Shown here in pieces: positions 22,561 to 32,223 of a DNA stretch of 64,000 bases (position 1 is the stretch's first letter; every line of letters starts with the position of its first letter). This DNA comes from Pseudomonadota bacterium (lineage in GTDB: Bacteria; Bdellovibrionota_F; JAHFAK01; JBDREC01). Below the pieces are notes generated by a model that made no database searches, was not told the origin of the DNA, and saw only the letters and a list, made by a program, of their open reading frames with translations. Location of the stretch: the NCBI GenBank assembly GCA_043820105.1, contig JBDREC010000076.1, positions 1 through 64,000 of the forward strand. Reading direction: 5' to 3'. The position numbers were made by a program, and so were the translations under genes.

Positions 22561-22603
22561 AATTGTTCTCCACCCAATTTTGTACAAAAAAATGTTCTCC
22601 ACT
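22561..22603. repeat. Truncated L element copy 3
   Basis: AATTGTTCTCCACCCAATTT...TGTTCTCCACT, cut off next to the IS66 remnant. Confidence 0.75.
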
Positions 22604-22990
22604 TATAATTCACTCAAGTTGACATTTAAGCTTTTATGGGTAATAGAATTTGGACCTCCGTACAGAGTTATCATCACGTCGTTTGTAAGCTTTTTGGGCC
22701 ACTTAAACTTATCTTCTTCCAGGCGCTTGTACCAAAGTGCAAACCCCGTTTGATCCCAATAAAGCACCTTTAATCTTGAACGATTCTTGTTGCAAAATAT
22801 AAACAAGTACGCTGCAAAGATATCCAGCTTCATCTCTTCTGCAACTATACATGAAAGTCCATTTATCGACTTCCGAAAATCAACATAATGTTTGTATAAA
22901 TAAATTTTCCTGAACTTCCCTAGGTGTAACATGCTTACCTTCCTTGTGCTATCAAGTTATAGAGAAATTCAGCTAACCATCTTACCTCCA
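22603..22990 (-). mobile_element. IS66 remnant: accessory protein TnpB/Orf2 (22603-22932, aberrant C-terminus) and possible tnpA tail; no tnpC
   Basis: VDFRKSINGL, LFIFCN..RSRLKVLYWDQTGFALWYKRLE..KFKWP. Confidence 0.85.
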
Positions 22991-23030
22991 AATAAAGCTT
23001 GAAGGTCAATATGCTTAAAAAATAATTAGC

Positions 23031-23071
23031 AAAAAACAAAAAAGGACCTACAGGCAACCTGCAAGTCCTTT
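23031..23071 (-). terminator. Intrinsic terminator downstream of tRNA-Phe
   Basis: Minus strand AAAGGACTTGCAGG-TTG-CCTGTAGGTCCTTT followed by a T-run. Confidence 0.7.
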
Positions 23072-23079
23072 AACTTCAA

Positions 23080-23152
23080 TGCCGAGGGACAGAATCGAAC
23101 TGCCCACACGGGGATTTTCAGTCCCCTGCTCTACCGACTGAGCTACCTCGGC
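23080..23152 (-). tRNA. tRNA-Phe(GAA)
   Basis: GCCGAGGTAGCTCAGTCGGTAGAGCAGGGGACTGAAAATCCCCGTGTGGGCAGTTCGATTCTGTCCCTCGGCA; CCA not encoded. Confidence 0.97.
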
Positions 23153-23183
23153 ACTTAACTTTTTATTATTTAATAAAAAGAAT

Positions 23184-23218
23184 GCGCGCAATATGGTAAA
23201 TTTTTGAAGGCGTGTCAA
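23184..23218 (-). promoter_or_regulatory. Sigma70 promoter of tRNA-Phe with GC-rich discriminator
   Basis: TTGACA-17 nt-CATATT-GCGCGC on the minus strand. Confidence 0.65.
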
Positions 23219-23304
23219 ATAAAATGTTAACTTAAGTCACCTTGACTTTAATTTTTTGTTTATATATATGCATTAAACTTTAAATTTATATTAAAAGGTT
23301 GAAA

Positions 23305-24975
23305 ATGAGAAGCCTGAATAAAGGAATTATAACTTTTATTATATTAATTTTTTATATTGGATCCGTATTTTCTCAAAGTTACTACTCAACAAACAAAGGA
23401 TCTCAAAGCACAAATGAGCATCAAGCAAATGCAAATCCCTCGACATATAGACCAAAAGCATTAGGCTCACAACCATTTTCAATGCAAGACTCAACAAAGT
23501 CAGACTCTGTTTTTGATAATGCTACTGGTTTAGAATATACCCCACTTGAAAAACCCATTGATCCTGATAAATATAAAGTAGGCGTTGGTGATAGACTTGA
23601 GCTTCATCTTTGGGGAAAAACAAATATTAAGGGATTATTAATTGTAGGTCCTGATGGCAAAATTCGTTTGCCCAAAGGTGGTTATGTTATAGCTTGTGGA
23701 GAAACACCCGAATCACATAAAACTTTAAGCCAGATAAATCTCGAAGTAAAAAAAATACTTTCAAAATATTATATTGATGTTAATTTTGAACTTTCGCTAA
23801 ATATGCCAAGAACTTTCTTGGTAAAAGTTGTTGGCGCCATAGTAGATCCGGGCATTTATCAGGCGCTTCCTGTTGAAAGAGCCAGTGAAGTAATATTTAG
23901 AGCAGGTGGCCTGAGCCCAAATGGATCCATGAAATATATTGAACTAAGAAGGAATGGTCATAGTGAAATAATAGATTTAGAAGCTTTTAACTTTGGAGCT
24001 AAAACGGCATATAATCCTTATATTCAGGAAGGTGATATCATCTATGTTCCAATAATGGCAAACGTTGTGTCTTTATATGGGGAAATAAATCGCCCTGGCA
24101 ATTTTGAATTTGAAGGAGAAATGAGACTATCCACAATTGTTGAAAGAGCTGGTGGCACCAGCACAAGACTATCTCACCTAAAACCCATTAAAATATCAAG
24201 ACTCTGGTCAGACAGAAAAGAAAGACAAATTATTGAAATTGATACAGCCTTGTTTTTATCAGGTGACCCTAAATATGATTCCTTTGTAAAAGCCAATGAT
24301 AGAATTATTTTTCCTTCTTCTGAAGCCATCCAAAGAATGGTTGCAGTAAATGGAGCTATTTTAGGAGGCATCAGCTTTGAGGAAAAAGCTTCCGGAAACT
24401 ATGAGGGAAAGCCTGGGGAAGAAAGAGAAGGCCTCTATCCGCTTGATGATGGTGAGACTGTAACAGATATTATTAAAAAAGCGGGAGGCATTACTCCTTA
24501 TGCAGACCTAGAGAATGCTTTTATAGTAAGACGCGAAATACAAGGTGATAATATTGAAGTAAAGACTATAAAAGTAGATTTACATAAGATTTATATTGAA
24601 AAAGATTATACATATGATCCTCTGCTTGAACCAGGAGATATCCTAACAATCCCTTCAAAGAGGAGTCACATCTATGTAACGGGAGAGGTAAAGAGCCCAA
24701 AACCTATTCCTTATAGACAACAACTTACAGCTATGGAGTATATTGGGGCTGCAGGAGGACTCACAAACAGAGCAAAGTTTGGTGCTGCCGTTGTAATTAA
24801 AGTAGATGGAACAGAAATCGACCTGGATGATAATCCAGTCTTAGAACCTGGAGATGTAATCTTTATTCCGGAACAATTATTTAAATTCTGGCAAGACTGG
24901 ATAGCAATTACAACTTCTCTGACCTCCCTGGCTCTGTCAATTTTAGCTATTACAAATTCGATTTCTTCTAATTAA
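23305..24975 (+). CDS. SLBB-domain polysaccharide export protein (Wza/KpsD-like)
   Basis: Signal peptide; YKVGVGDRL poly_export motif; repeated V.GE...PG...AGG / L.PGD.I.IP SLBB units. Confidence 0.82.
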   Translation: MRSLNKGIITFIILIFYIGSVFSQSYYSTNKGSQSTNEHQANANPSTYRPKALGSQPFSMQDSTKSDSVFDNATGLEYTPLEKPIDPDKYKVGVGDRLELHLWGKTNIKGLLIVGPDGKIRLPKGGYVIACGETPESHKTLSQINLEVKKILSKYYIDVNFELSLNMPRTFLVKVVGAIVDPGIYQALPVERASEVIFRAGGLSPNGSMKYIELRRNGHSEIIDLEAFNFGAKTAYNPYIQEGDIIYVPIMANVVSLYGEINRPGNFEFEGEMRLSTIVERAGGTSTRLSHLKPIKISRLWSDRKERQIIEIDTALFLSGDPKYDSFVKANDRIIFPSSEAIQRMVAVNGAILGGISFEEKASGNYEGKPGEEREGLYPLDDGETVTDIIKKAGGITPYADLENAFIVRREIQGDNIEVKTIKVDLHKIYIEKDYTYDPLLEPGDILTIPSKRSHIYVTGEVKSPKPIPYRQQLTAMEYIGAAGGLTNRAKFGAAVVIKVDGTEIDLDDNPVLEPGDVIFIPEQLFKFWQDWIAITTSLTSLALSILAITNSISSN

Positions 24976-26647
24976 AATCTGGATCAATTTTCCTTATCTC
25001 CTTTAAAACATAACGACGATTATCTTTAAGTTTATCAATAATAGGAGAATATGTATATTTAGCAATAGCCTCATTTATTAAATAATAAATTTCAATAAGC
25101 TCTTTGAGCTTCTTTTTTGCATCAGTAATTCTTTCACTTGCTAAAAATCTTTTGGCAGCGCTTGTTCTAATATCTTTAGTAATCTTATCATCTAGCTTAA
25201 ACATTATATTTTTTGCGTCACTTTCAAAATCTGTACCAATTAGTAATTCCACTCTATTCCTAACATTAATAAGTTCATCCATATTTTTAAAATTATCAAT
25301 TTTCATGGAAGCTTCTTCAATAAGCTCATAAGCCTCATCACTTGACACTTGCACATCTTTAACGCTTTTTCCCTTTTCTATAATTGATTGCACTTGATTT
25401 TCAAGGGCTTTTGATGGCCAAATATATGCATATTTATCTGCAAGATCTTTAGCTTTGCTAATTCTATGTTTTATATCCTTAATCGAATTAAGTTCTTTTA
25501 TTTCATTATTAATTTCATTTGTTAATAATGGATTAATCTTTTCTAATATGCTTTTTGCTTTTTGTGAATAAGCACTACTTGGATAGTCGTCAATAATTTC
25601 ATAACAAGCAAGTGCTGAAGACAACAAATCCTTTCCTGAAATAGCTGCAATTTCAGCCTCAGACAGCTTCATAGCAGCCTTATAATCGCTGATATCACTT
25701 TCACTGATTTGGGTGTTTTTATGAAGCTTGTCAATTATATCATTTGTAATTTTTATATTATAATTCTGCAGCTTCATCATATCTTTGAAGTTTGTATTGA
25801 TCTTTCTTCTATCGTCGCTTTCTAAAGAAAGGTAAACAAGGTAATAATAAATTAGTACAGAGTTCAAATTATAGTTGGTAGAATACGTTGAATTTTTTAA
25901 CCACTTATATGCTTCTTCAGAACTTCCATTTTTAGAAAGTGAAATCCCGTACATAATAATAATATCAGAAGGTAAAATTGGTAAAAGTTCATTTATTTTT
26001 TTGTCATTAAAATATCTTATAAATTCTTGATAATTATTAGTACCATATATTGATCTTAGCTTAAATAAATCAGCTTGCATTTTCTCAGAAAAGGCAAAAT
26101 AGTCATCTTCAACAATCATCTTCCTAGATACAGTCGCGCTATCTTTGTTTTCAATATTTAATCTAAATTTTTTGGCTAGTTCTACAAAAGAATCGTCATA
26201 AATTACTTTTGAAGATTGAGTCAGTAGAGATAATAAAGTTCGAGGTTCTAAGTAATTTTTTCGAAGACTGCCTTCAAGCAATTCACTGATCTTAGTTAAA
26301 TGATCTATCCGATTTTGCAAATCTTTTACAAGCAAACCAATCTCTTGAAAATCAGAGCGTGAATAAGCAACATCACTAACTAGCATTTCTTCTAAAACTA
26401 AATATTCTTTTTTTAATTTGCCAATTTGTTCCTCAAGCATGGCTTTATTAATTAAAAACTCTTTTGTATATCCTAAAGAAAAAGCCTCTTTTTGTTTAGA
26501 TTTTTTTTCTTCGCGAACCTCTGGCTTTGTAACCACTGGAGGCTTATAAAAGCACGAAGTAAAAAATAGTATAAAAATAAGATTAATAGGTAGAAATAAA
26601 TTCTTTATAAATCGGCGTAAATAGCCTTTTAGGTTTTTTTTCATCAT
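24968..26647 (-). CDS. Helical/TPR-like lipoprotein
   Basis: Basic N-terminus, hydrophobic stretch and FFTSC lipobox; YPSSAY TPR-like motif; the upstream part of the listed ORF is PBP overlap. Confidence 0.6.
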   Translation of the reverse strand: MMKKNLKGYLRRFIKNLFLPINLIFILFFTSCFYKPPVVTKPEVREEKKSKQKEAFSLGYTKEFLINKAMLEEQIGKLKKEYLVLEEMLVSDVAYSRSDFQEIGLLVKDLQNRIDHLTKISELLEGSLRKNYLEPRTLLSLLTQSSKVIYDDSFVELAKKFRLNIENKDSATVSRKMIVEDDYFAFSEKMQADLFKLRSIYGTNNYQEFIRYFNDKKINELLPILPSDIIIMYGISLSKNGSSEEAYKWLKNSTYSTNYNLNSVLIYYYLVYLSLESDDRRKINTNFKDMMKLQNYNIKITNDIIDKLHKNTQISESDISDYKAAMKLSEAEIAAISGKDLLSSALACYEIIDDYPSSAYSQKAKSILEKINPLLTNEINNEIKELNSIKDIKHRISKAKDLADKYAYIWPSKALENQVQSIIEKGKSVKDVQVSSDEAYELIEEASMKIDNFKNMDELINVRNRVELLIGTDFESDAKNIMFKLDDKITKDIRTSAAKRFLASERITDAKKKLKELIEIYYLINEAIAKYTYSPIIDKLKDNRRYVLKEIRKIDPDFN

Positions 26648-29600
26648 TATCACAATCGCCATAATATTCCTCATATACATTAGCCTCAGTTTTTGGGTCC
26701 ATAAATTGACCATTAATAATATTGACAGGCAACTTACAACGATCAGAAGACAATGGCAAGAATTCAATTTCTCGTGCCCCCTCAAAAGCATAATCATAAG
26801 GATTAATATTTTTTGAATAATTATCTGATGAAACTACATAATTTGCAAAATTTCCCCATATAGGCATTGCTCCTGTGGCGCCACTTATTTTAAGTTTTTT
26901 ATTTGCCATTCTTTTATTGTTATCATAACCCATATAAGAAGCAACAACCAGGGTTTCATTGGCATTTAAACTGTTTTTTGATTTTAAATAGGGGATAAAC
27001 CCTGCAAAGGTAGAATTAATATAATTATTAGTTGTTCCTGTTTTTCCAAAAAATGGAACACTTATAAATAGGCTGCTATCTGCATCATCCAGGGAAAGTT
27101 TAATTTTATTTTGCCTATCAAGCCTTATTCCTGTGCCATATTTAACAACATTTCCAAGGATTTGGTTTATTAGGTCCACCAAACGATAATCAACAACATT
27201 TACTGATCTTTCTTGATTTCTATATATTACATTACCATTCCTATCTTCAATTTTACTAATTAAAGTTAATGACCAATCAATATCATCAGCAGTAAAATAA
27301 CGAACCCCTCTTGTCATCGTTTGATATGCTAAAGCAATTTCATCTAAACTAACTGAGTTAGAACCAAGCGGAAAAGATAAAACTTCATCAAGCCTTGTTT
27401 TAATACCAAGTCTATAAGCAAGATTTACCACATACTTAAGAGCAAGATAAGTTCTAAAATCTTGATGATAATAAAGAGCTTTAAGAGAATAATAATCATC
27501 ATTTATTAAGTCCGCGAAGAGGGTTTTTAAATTTTCGTCTATTGTAAAAATGCTTGAAAGTTTTACTCTGCCATCAATATAGATATCCTCAACATTATAT
27601 TCGTCTAAAACCTGCTGTATGGAAATTGGATAGGAAGTCACAATATTTAAAACCTTAGTTTCTTTGCGAAGTTTATCATAAAAATCTGTTTTAAATATAA
27701 TGTTTCTTTGCAAGTCATCATCAACAGCAATCTCAAGCTTTAATTGCTTATTATTTGATTTTTCAGATTTATAATCTTGAATTGCCTTTACAATTTCATT
27801 TGCAGCGTTTTTATATCTTATATAATTATCTAAAAGGAAGGGTATTTTTTCACTAGATTTATTATATTTTTCTTCATATTTTTTTTGCTTTAACTTTCCT
27901 CTAACAGATAATTTTTTTAAAGCATCTAGTTCTGCTAAAATATTTTCAATTTCTTCATTAAAACCTGTGCCATAAGCTAAAGACTTTATATATCTAGCCT
28001 CTTTTTCCCTGCCATCAAACACATATTCAGGATATAATTCTCTAATGGCTATATTAAATAGCTTTGGAGTGAATTTTTCTTTAGAAATTAAAATTCCATG
28101 TTTATCTCTTAGTCTATTAAAATATTCTCGATCAGATTCGGTATTATTTTTTGCCAGATCTAAAAGTCCACAAAGCTTGATAAATTCGTCAAAGTTTAAG
28201 TAATCTAATAAATTATACAAAAGGTAAACTGTTGCCAAATTTTCAGATTTAACACCAGCCCATGAAATTGAAACCTCATCAGTTTGTGGAGCGTGATCTG
28301 GCTTGGGAATGTAAAATTGATTTTGAAATGGAAAAACCGTGCGAATATTTGGAATCATATCTATATTTGACCACCCAAGTTGAAAGGCAGCTAAGTAAAC
28401 TAAAAGTTTAAAAACAGATCCTGGCTGGCGTTTAGCCATTATAGCGCGGTTGAAATCCTTATTATCGTAGCCTCCAGCTATAGAAACTATTTTATTTCCA
28501 TCTATAGCTATCAATCCACCATCAAGTTTTGTATCCATCCTTAAATTATAAAAAGGAAGTTCGCCCTCAGTGTTATGCCTTGCAAGCGATACAAGTATAT
28601 TGTCACCCTTTTTAAATTTCTTTAGAAAACTTTTGAAATTATGTTCATTAGCACTAACCCAAATGCCATTCTTATTCTCCAAATCACTTTGGGTGAATTC
28701 TAGTAAAGATTCTGGATCAATTAATCCCTGCTCATCATCTAAGTTAAATAGTATAGTCTTTTTATCTTCTTTTTGATCTAGCACATAGTTATTATTTAAA
28801 ACAGTTGCGATTTTTATTTCTGCAAGCCTGGGCTTATAATCTTTTATTGGTTTTTCATAAGAGTTTAGTTTTACTTCAGCCAATTCTAAACCCTTTCTCA
28901 AACTTTCAACAGCAGCTTGTTGTAAATTATAATCAATTGTGGTGAATATTTTTATTCCAGAAGTTGAGATATTTTCAATGCCTGCTTCATTCAAGAAATC
29001 TTTGATTTTATCAGATTCTAATTCCTTAGAAACCATATCAATTAAAATATTGTTTTCATAAGAAAATCTACCAAAATTAAAATCAATCTCTGCCTTTAAA
29101 GCCTCTTCCATTTCTGCTTTTGAAATAGCATTTACTTTATACATATTTCGAATTACATAATTTTTTCTTTCAACGGCTCTAACATAAGCTTTTTTTTTAT
29201 TTTCTTCAGTGGAATAAAAATCAGGATTATATCTATTCGGACCCTTAAAGGCTCCGGCAATAAAGGCTGCTTCAACTAAGGTAAGATCTTTTGCTTCCTT
29301 GGAGAAAAAATATTTAGATGCAATATGCAAACCGCGACCATTACTATTTACAAAGAACTGATTAATAATGAATTCCAGGATTTCATCTTTTGAATAAATA
29401 TGCTCCATCCTTATGGCGTTGATCATCTCCATAATTTTTGGCGTAAAATCTCTTTTACTTCTAAAAGTAATATTCCTTATTGCAAGCTGTGTTAGTGTAC
29501 TTGCACCCTGTACGACTTTTCTTGCTTTAAAATTAACCACAGCAGCTCTAACCATGCCTTTAAAATCAAGGCCAAAATGAGAATAGAAATTTTTATCTTC

Positions 29601-29897
29601 AGATGCAATTAAAGCTTTTTTAAAAACATCCGGTATTTCATCAAATGATAAATACTTTCTGTGGCTTTTACTAAAATATACTCCCATCAAATTATGACCA
29701 TCATTAAAATAAATTGGGCTTTCACTTGAAATTGTGGACATAATATAGCTTCTTTCCAAAACTTCAGGCTTTGCCTTTATTATGAAGATATAATAAGATA
29801 AAATAGATGCTAAAATTAATAAAAACAGAAATATGGAGCCTAAAAGTGATAATCTAATAATCCATTTTTTAAATTTCTTTTTTGTTTGTATTTTCAT
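26583..29897 (-). CDS. Class A penicillin-binding protein (PBP1A-like) with large insertion
   Basis: SEDKNFYSHFG, QGASTLTQ; transpeptidase RQPGSVFK, SEN, GKTGTTN. Confidence 0.9.
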   Translation of the reverse strand: MKIQTKKKFKKWIIRLSLLGSIFLFLLILASILSYYIFIIKAKPEVLERSYIMSTISSESPIYFNDGHNLMGVYFSKSHRKYLSFDEIPDVFKKALIASEDKNFYSHFGLDFKGMVRAAVVNFKARKVVQGASTLTQLAIRNITFRSKRDFTPKIMEMINAIRMEHIYSKDEILEFIINQFFVNSNGRGLHIASKYFFSKEAKDLTLVEAAFIAGAFKGPNRYNPDFYSTEENKKKAYVRAVERKNYVIRNMYKVNAISKAEMEEALKAEIDFNFGRFSYENNILIDMVSKELESDKIKDFLNEAGIENISTSGIKIFTTIDYNLQQAAVESLRKGLELAEVKLNSYEKPIKDYKPRLAEIKIATVLNNNYVLDQKEDKKTILFNLDDEQGLIDPESLLEFTQSDLENKNGIWVSANEHNFKSFLKKFKKGDNILVSLARHNTEGELPFYNLRMDTKLDGGLIAIDGNKIVSIAGGYDNKDFNRAIMAKRQPGSVFKLLVYLAAFQLGWSNIDMIPNIRTVFPFQNQFYIPKPDHAPQTDEVSISWAGVKSENLATVYLLYNLLDYLNFDEFIKLCGLLDLAKNNTESDREYFNRLRDKHGILISKEKFTPKLFNIAIRELYPEYVFDGREKEARYIKSLAYGTGFNEEIENILAELDALKKLSVRGKLKQKKYEEKYNKSSEKIPFLLDNYIRYKNAANEIVKAIQDYKSEKSNNKQLKLEIAVDDDLQRNIIFKTDFYDKLRKETKVLNIVTSYPISIQQVLDEYNVEDIYIDGRVKLSSIFTIDENLKTLFADLINDDYYSLKALYYHQDFRTYLALKYVVNLAYRLGIKTRLDEVLSFPLGSNSVSLDEIALAYQTMTRGVRYFTADDIDWSLTLISKIEDRNGNVIYRNQERSVNVVDYRLVDLINQILGNVVKYGTGIRLDRQNKIKLSLDDADSSLFISVPFFGKTGTTNNYINSTFAGFIPYLKSKNSLNANETLVVASYMGYDNNKRMANKKLKISGATGAMPIWGNFANYVVSSDNYSKNINPYDYAFEGAREIEFLPLSSDRCKLPVNIINGQFMDPKTEANVYEEYYGDCDNDEKKPKRLFTPIYKEFISTY

Positions 29898-29988
29898 TTT
29901 GGAGATTTTTCAATTTTTTTAATGTGGGTATTAATATTAAGGTATGATTAAAATGTAAAGAAATAAGAGAGTAAGGGAACAAGGGAAC

Positions 29989-30026
29989 AAAAAAAGCTGA
30001 CTGGCGAATTTGCCAATCAGCTTTTT
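29989..30026 (-). terminator. Intrinsic terminator (potentially bidirectional) ending the large ncRNA
   Basis: Minus strand AAAAAGCTGATTGGC-AAATTC-GCCAGTCAGCTTTTTT. Confidence 0.8.
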
Positions 30027-31166
30027 ATTCTTTACAAATTATAAAGGCAGGAAAAAATAACTTAAGTAGCATTTCCTCTTCAAAGATCATCCTTTATTAA
30101 GCTATTTAATTTTTTCCTTTGTAGTTTGACCCACTAAGGTAATTTTAAATCCTCTCACAGAGTTATAAGGCTCTTTAGAGTTTTATATGTAAACAAAGTA
30201 TATAATTTTCTGGTTAATTATCACCCTATTTGGTGTTTTAACACCTGTTAGGGTTTCCCTTGTTTACCGTCTGCTAGATGTTTAACCACCTAACTATCCT
30301 CTTATGAGCTTTTACTCTCTCTCAGAGTGTTTGCCTAACAAAGTCTCAAAGCCTCGCAGCTTCTTTGACCTTTCATCGAGGTTTGCGGCCTTATAACGTT
30401 TTCAGTATTTTAAGGACTAACTTACAAGCAAGTTTACCTGGCTTACTTTTTGTAGCTTCCATAGGTTTTGACTAACCTTTCGAAGTTTAATCTTTCCTTA
30501 AAAGACCGCTTAGTGTTATCGCAACTAAGCTACGCTTATAGGCTTTACCTTTCAAAGCTTTGCCAATTAATAAGTCAAGTTAGTTCATCACTAACTTATG
30601 CCCTTACGCTGTTATTCTCAATATTTGCAAAAAACTAGTTGCCCGGTTTTTTGAATATCAATGCATCAACCATAAGGCTTTAAACCGATTAACAAGCTTC
30701 ATACCTCAATTAGCTTCTGGCTAATTAAAACATGATTGCTTTCTTAGGCTTTTCCTCTTTAAGGTTTTCGAAATAAGTCCTTATAGATTAGCCTGTTAAG
30801 CTTATCCTCCTCTTGTGGTCTTTTCAACAAGCTATATCGCTATAACTTCCTAACATGTAACCTTTAGAGTTTTACATAACTCATTTCTAGTTAGCTTATT
30901 TTGTATTTCTACAAAATAAAACTAACACCCTTTTTGAGGTTTTTGGCCTCCTAAAACCTAACATGCTCAAATATGCTAAAGTCCAAAGATCATTTTTTCT
31001 CCAGGTCGTATTAATAAGTATTGCTACTTACCATTGACTGCCTTTAAGGACTTTACTTAGCAGCTTTCTGACACATTTTATTTTGATAGTCCTAAAAGAA
31101 CAATCAAAACCAGTCAGGCTGTTTAGGGTTGGCTCACTCTACCATTGGCTATTTTTCCCTGCCTTG
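29990..31166 (-). ncRNA. Putative large (~1.15 kb) structured non-coding RNA
   Basis: No ORF of 60 aa or more in six frames; promoter upstream and terminator downstream; 18-bp 5'/3' closing helix; many GNRA-capped hairpins with G-U pairs only on the minus strand. Confidence 0.75.
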
Positions 31167-31172
31167 TAAGAA

Positions 31173-31203
31173 AGCTTATAAAGAAGCAAAACTCTTTTGT
31201 CAA
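31173..31203 (-). promoter_or_regulatory. Sigma70 promoter of the large ncRNA
   Basis: TTGACA (31203-31198), 17 nt, TATAAG (or TAAGCT at 19 nt). Confidence 0.65.
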
Positions 31204-31554
31204 TAATTATTTCAAAATAATTTCACATTTTTGTCACATCTTAATAATTCCAAGAACTTATCATATAATATTTTTTTAACAAATTCGTGACTTTAAAATC
31301 ATATTGCAAATTCATAATCTCAATTCCTCCACACACATCGCAGCAAACGACAGTATGTCAAGCAACATCACACACAACACAGGCCTACAACACCAGAAAC
31401 ACGGACAACCAGATCAATCATTACCTGATTCTCTGCATCTACAACATATTACAAAAAAACACAAAACCATATATGTTTTAATTTTTTTTTCAGATAAGCA
31501 ATACTAAAAAAACAGGCCGTGCCCTGTACCCTGTACGCTGTACGCTGTACGCAA

Positions 31555-32208
31555 CTAAGATCTAACTAACTTTTTATAAGAAAACCACCAATCATAGCTA
31601 TTAGCCCCAAGGATTGTACCCTTAACAGAATCTTCATCAGATGGTGGATGGAGCAAAACGCCCTCTCCAACCAATTCATTAATCGGCCAATTAGCAGGCA
31701 TATCAACCTTATTAGCATCTACCACTGTCAGAGCCTTAACAGCTCTATAGATTTCTTCAACATTTCTGCCTAATTCTTTAGGATAATGAAAGATAGCCCT
31801 AACCTTTGCTATTGGGTCAATAATAATTACTGATCTTGTTGCTATTTTATTATCTGCTTCTGTTATAAAACCCAAATCCCTGGACACATCAGCAAAGGGA
31901 TCAGAAAGAATTGGAATTGTGATATCTGTTTTTAATTTATCCCTCATCCACCCTGTCCATTTAAGGATTGATGTCATCTTGCTACTACAAACACCTAGCA
32001 AAGAACATCGAATAGCATTAAATTCTGGCAGTCTCTTTTGAAAAGAATAAAGTTCCGTAGTGCAAACAGGATCAAATTCAGAAATAAAGTTTACGACAAC
32101 TCCCCACTTAGCATGGAATACATTAGGAAGTTGAACCATGCCAGTTGTAGTTTCAGACCTTATGCCTGGAAATCTTGATCCAATTTTTACAATCGTTTTT
32201 TCGTCCAT
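31555..32208 (-). CDS. Peroxiredoxin (Prx6/archaeal-type-like) with atypical active site
   Basis: PVCTTEL, ATRSVIIIDP, YPKELGRNVEEI, PANWP, DWWF. Confidence 0.8.
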   Translation of the reverse strand: MDEKTIVKIGSRFPGIRSETTTGMVQLPNVFHAKWGVVVNFISEFDPVCTTELYSFQKRLPEFNAIRCSLLGVCSSKMTSILKWTGWMRDKLKTDITIPILSDPFADVSRDLGFITEADNKIATRSVIIIDPIAKVRAIFHYPKELGRNVEEIYRAVKALTVVDANKVDMPANWPINELVGEGVLLHPPSDEDSVKGTILGANSYDWWFSYKKLVRS

Positions 32209-32223
32209 AATTTTTATCCTTTG

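Noticed and set aside
22603-22932. TnpB as an RNA-guided nuclease
   Set aside because: This is the small IS66 accessory TnpB, unrelated to IS200/IS605 TnpB
26648-26797. N-terminal extension of the 609-aa ORF
   Set aside because: Lies inside the PBP1A coding region; the lipoprotein signal starts at 26647/26644
29990-31166. rRNA, RNase P RNA, or group I/II intron
   Set aside because: No universal rRNA motifs, no GAGGAAAGUCC, no GUGCG start or domain V seen, and no interrupted gene; a covariance search is still needed to be sure
29990-31166. CsrB/RsmY-type sponge
   Set aside because: GGA motifs are sparse and mostly in stems or linkers rather than hairpin loops
31287-31507. Two short + strand ORFs (64 and 67 aa)
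   Set aside because: Overlapping, CA-biased low complexity, non-ATG starts, no RBS or recognisable motifs
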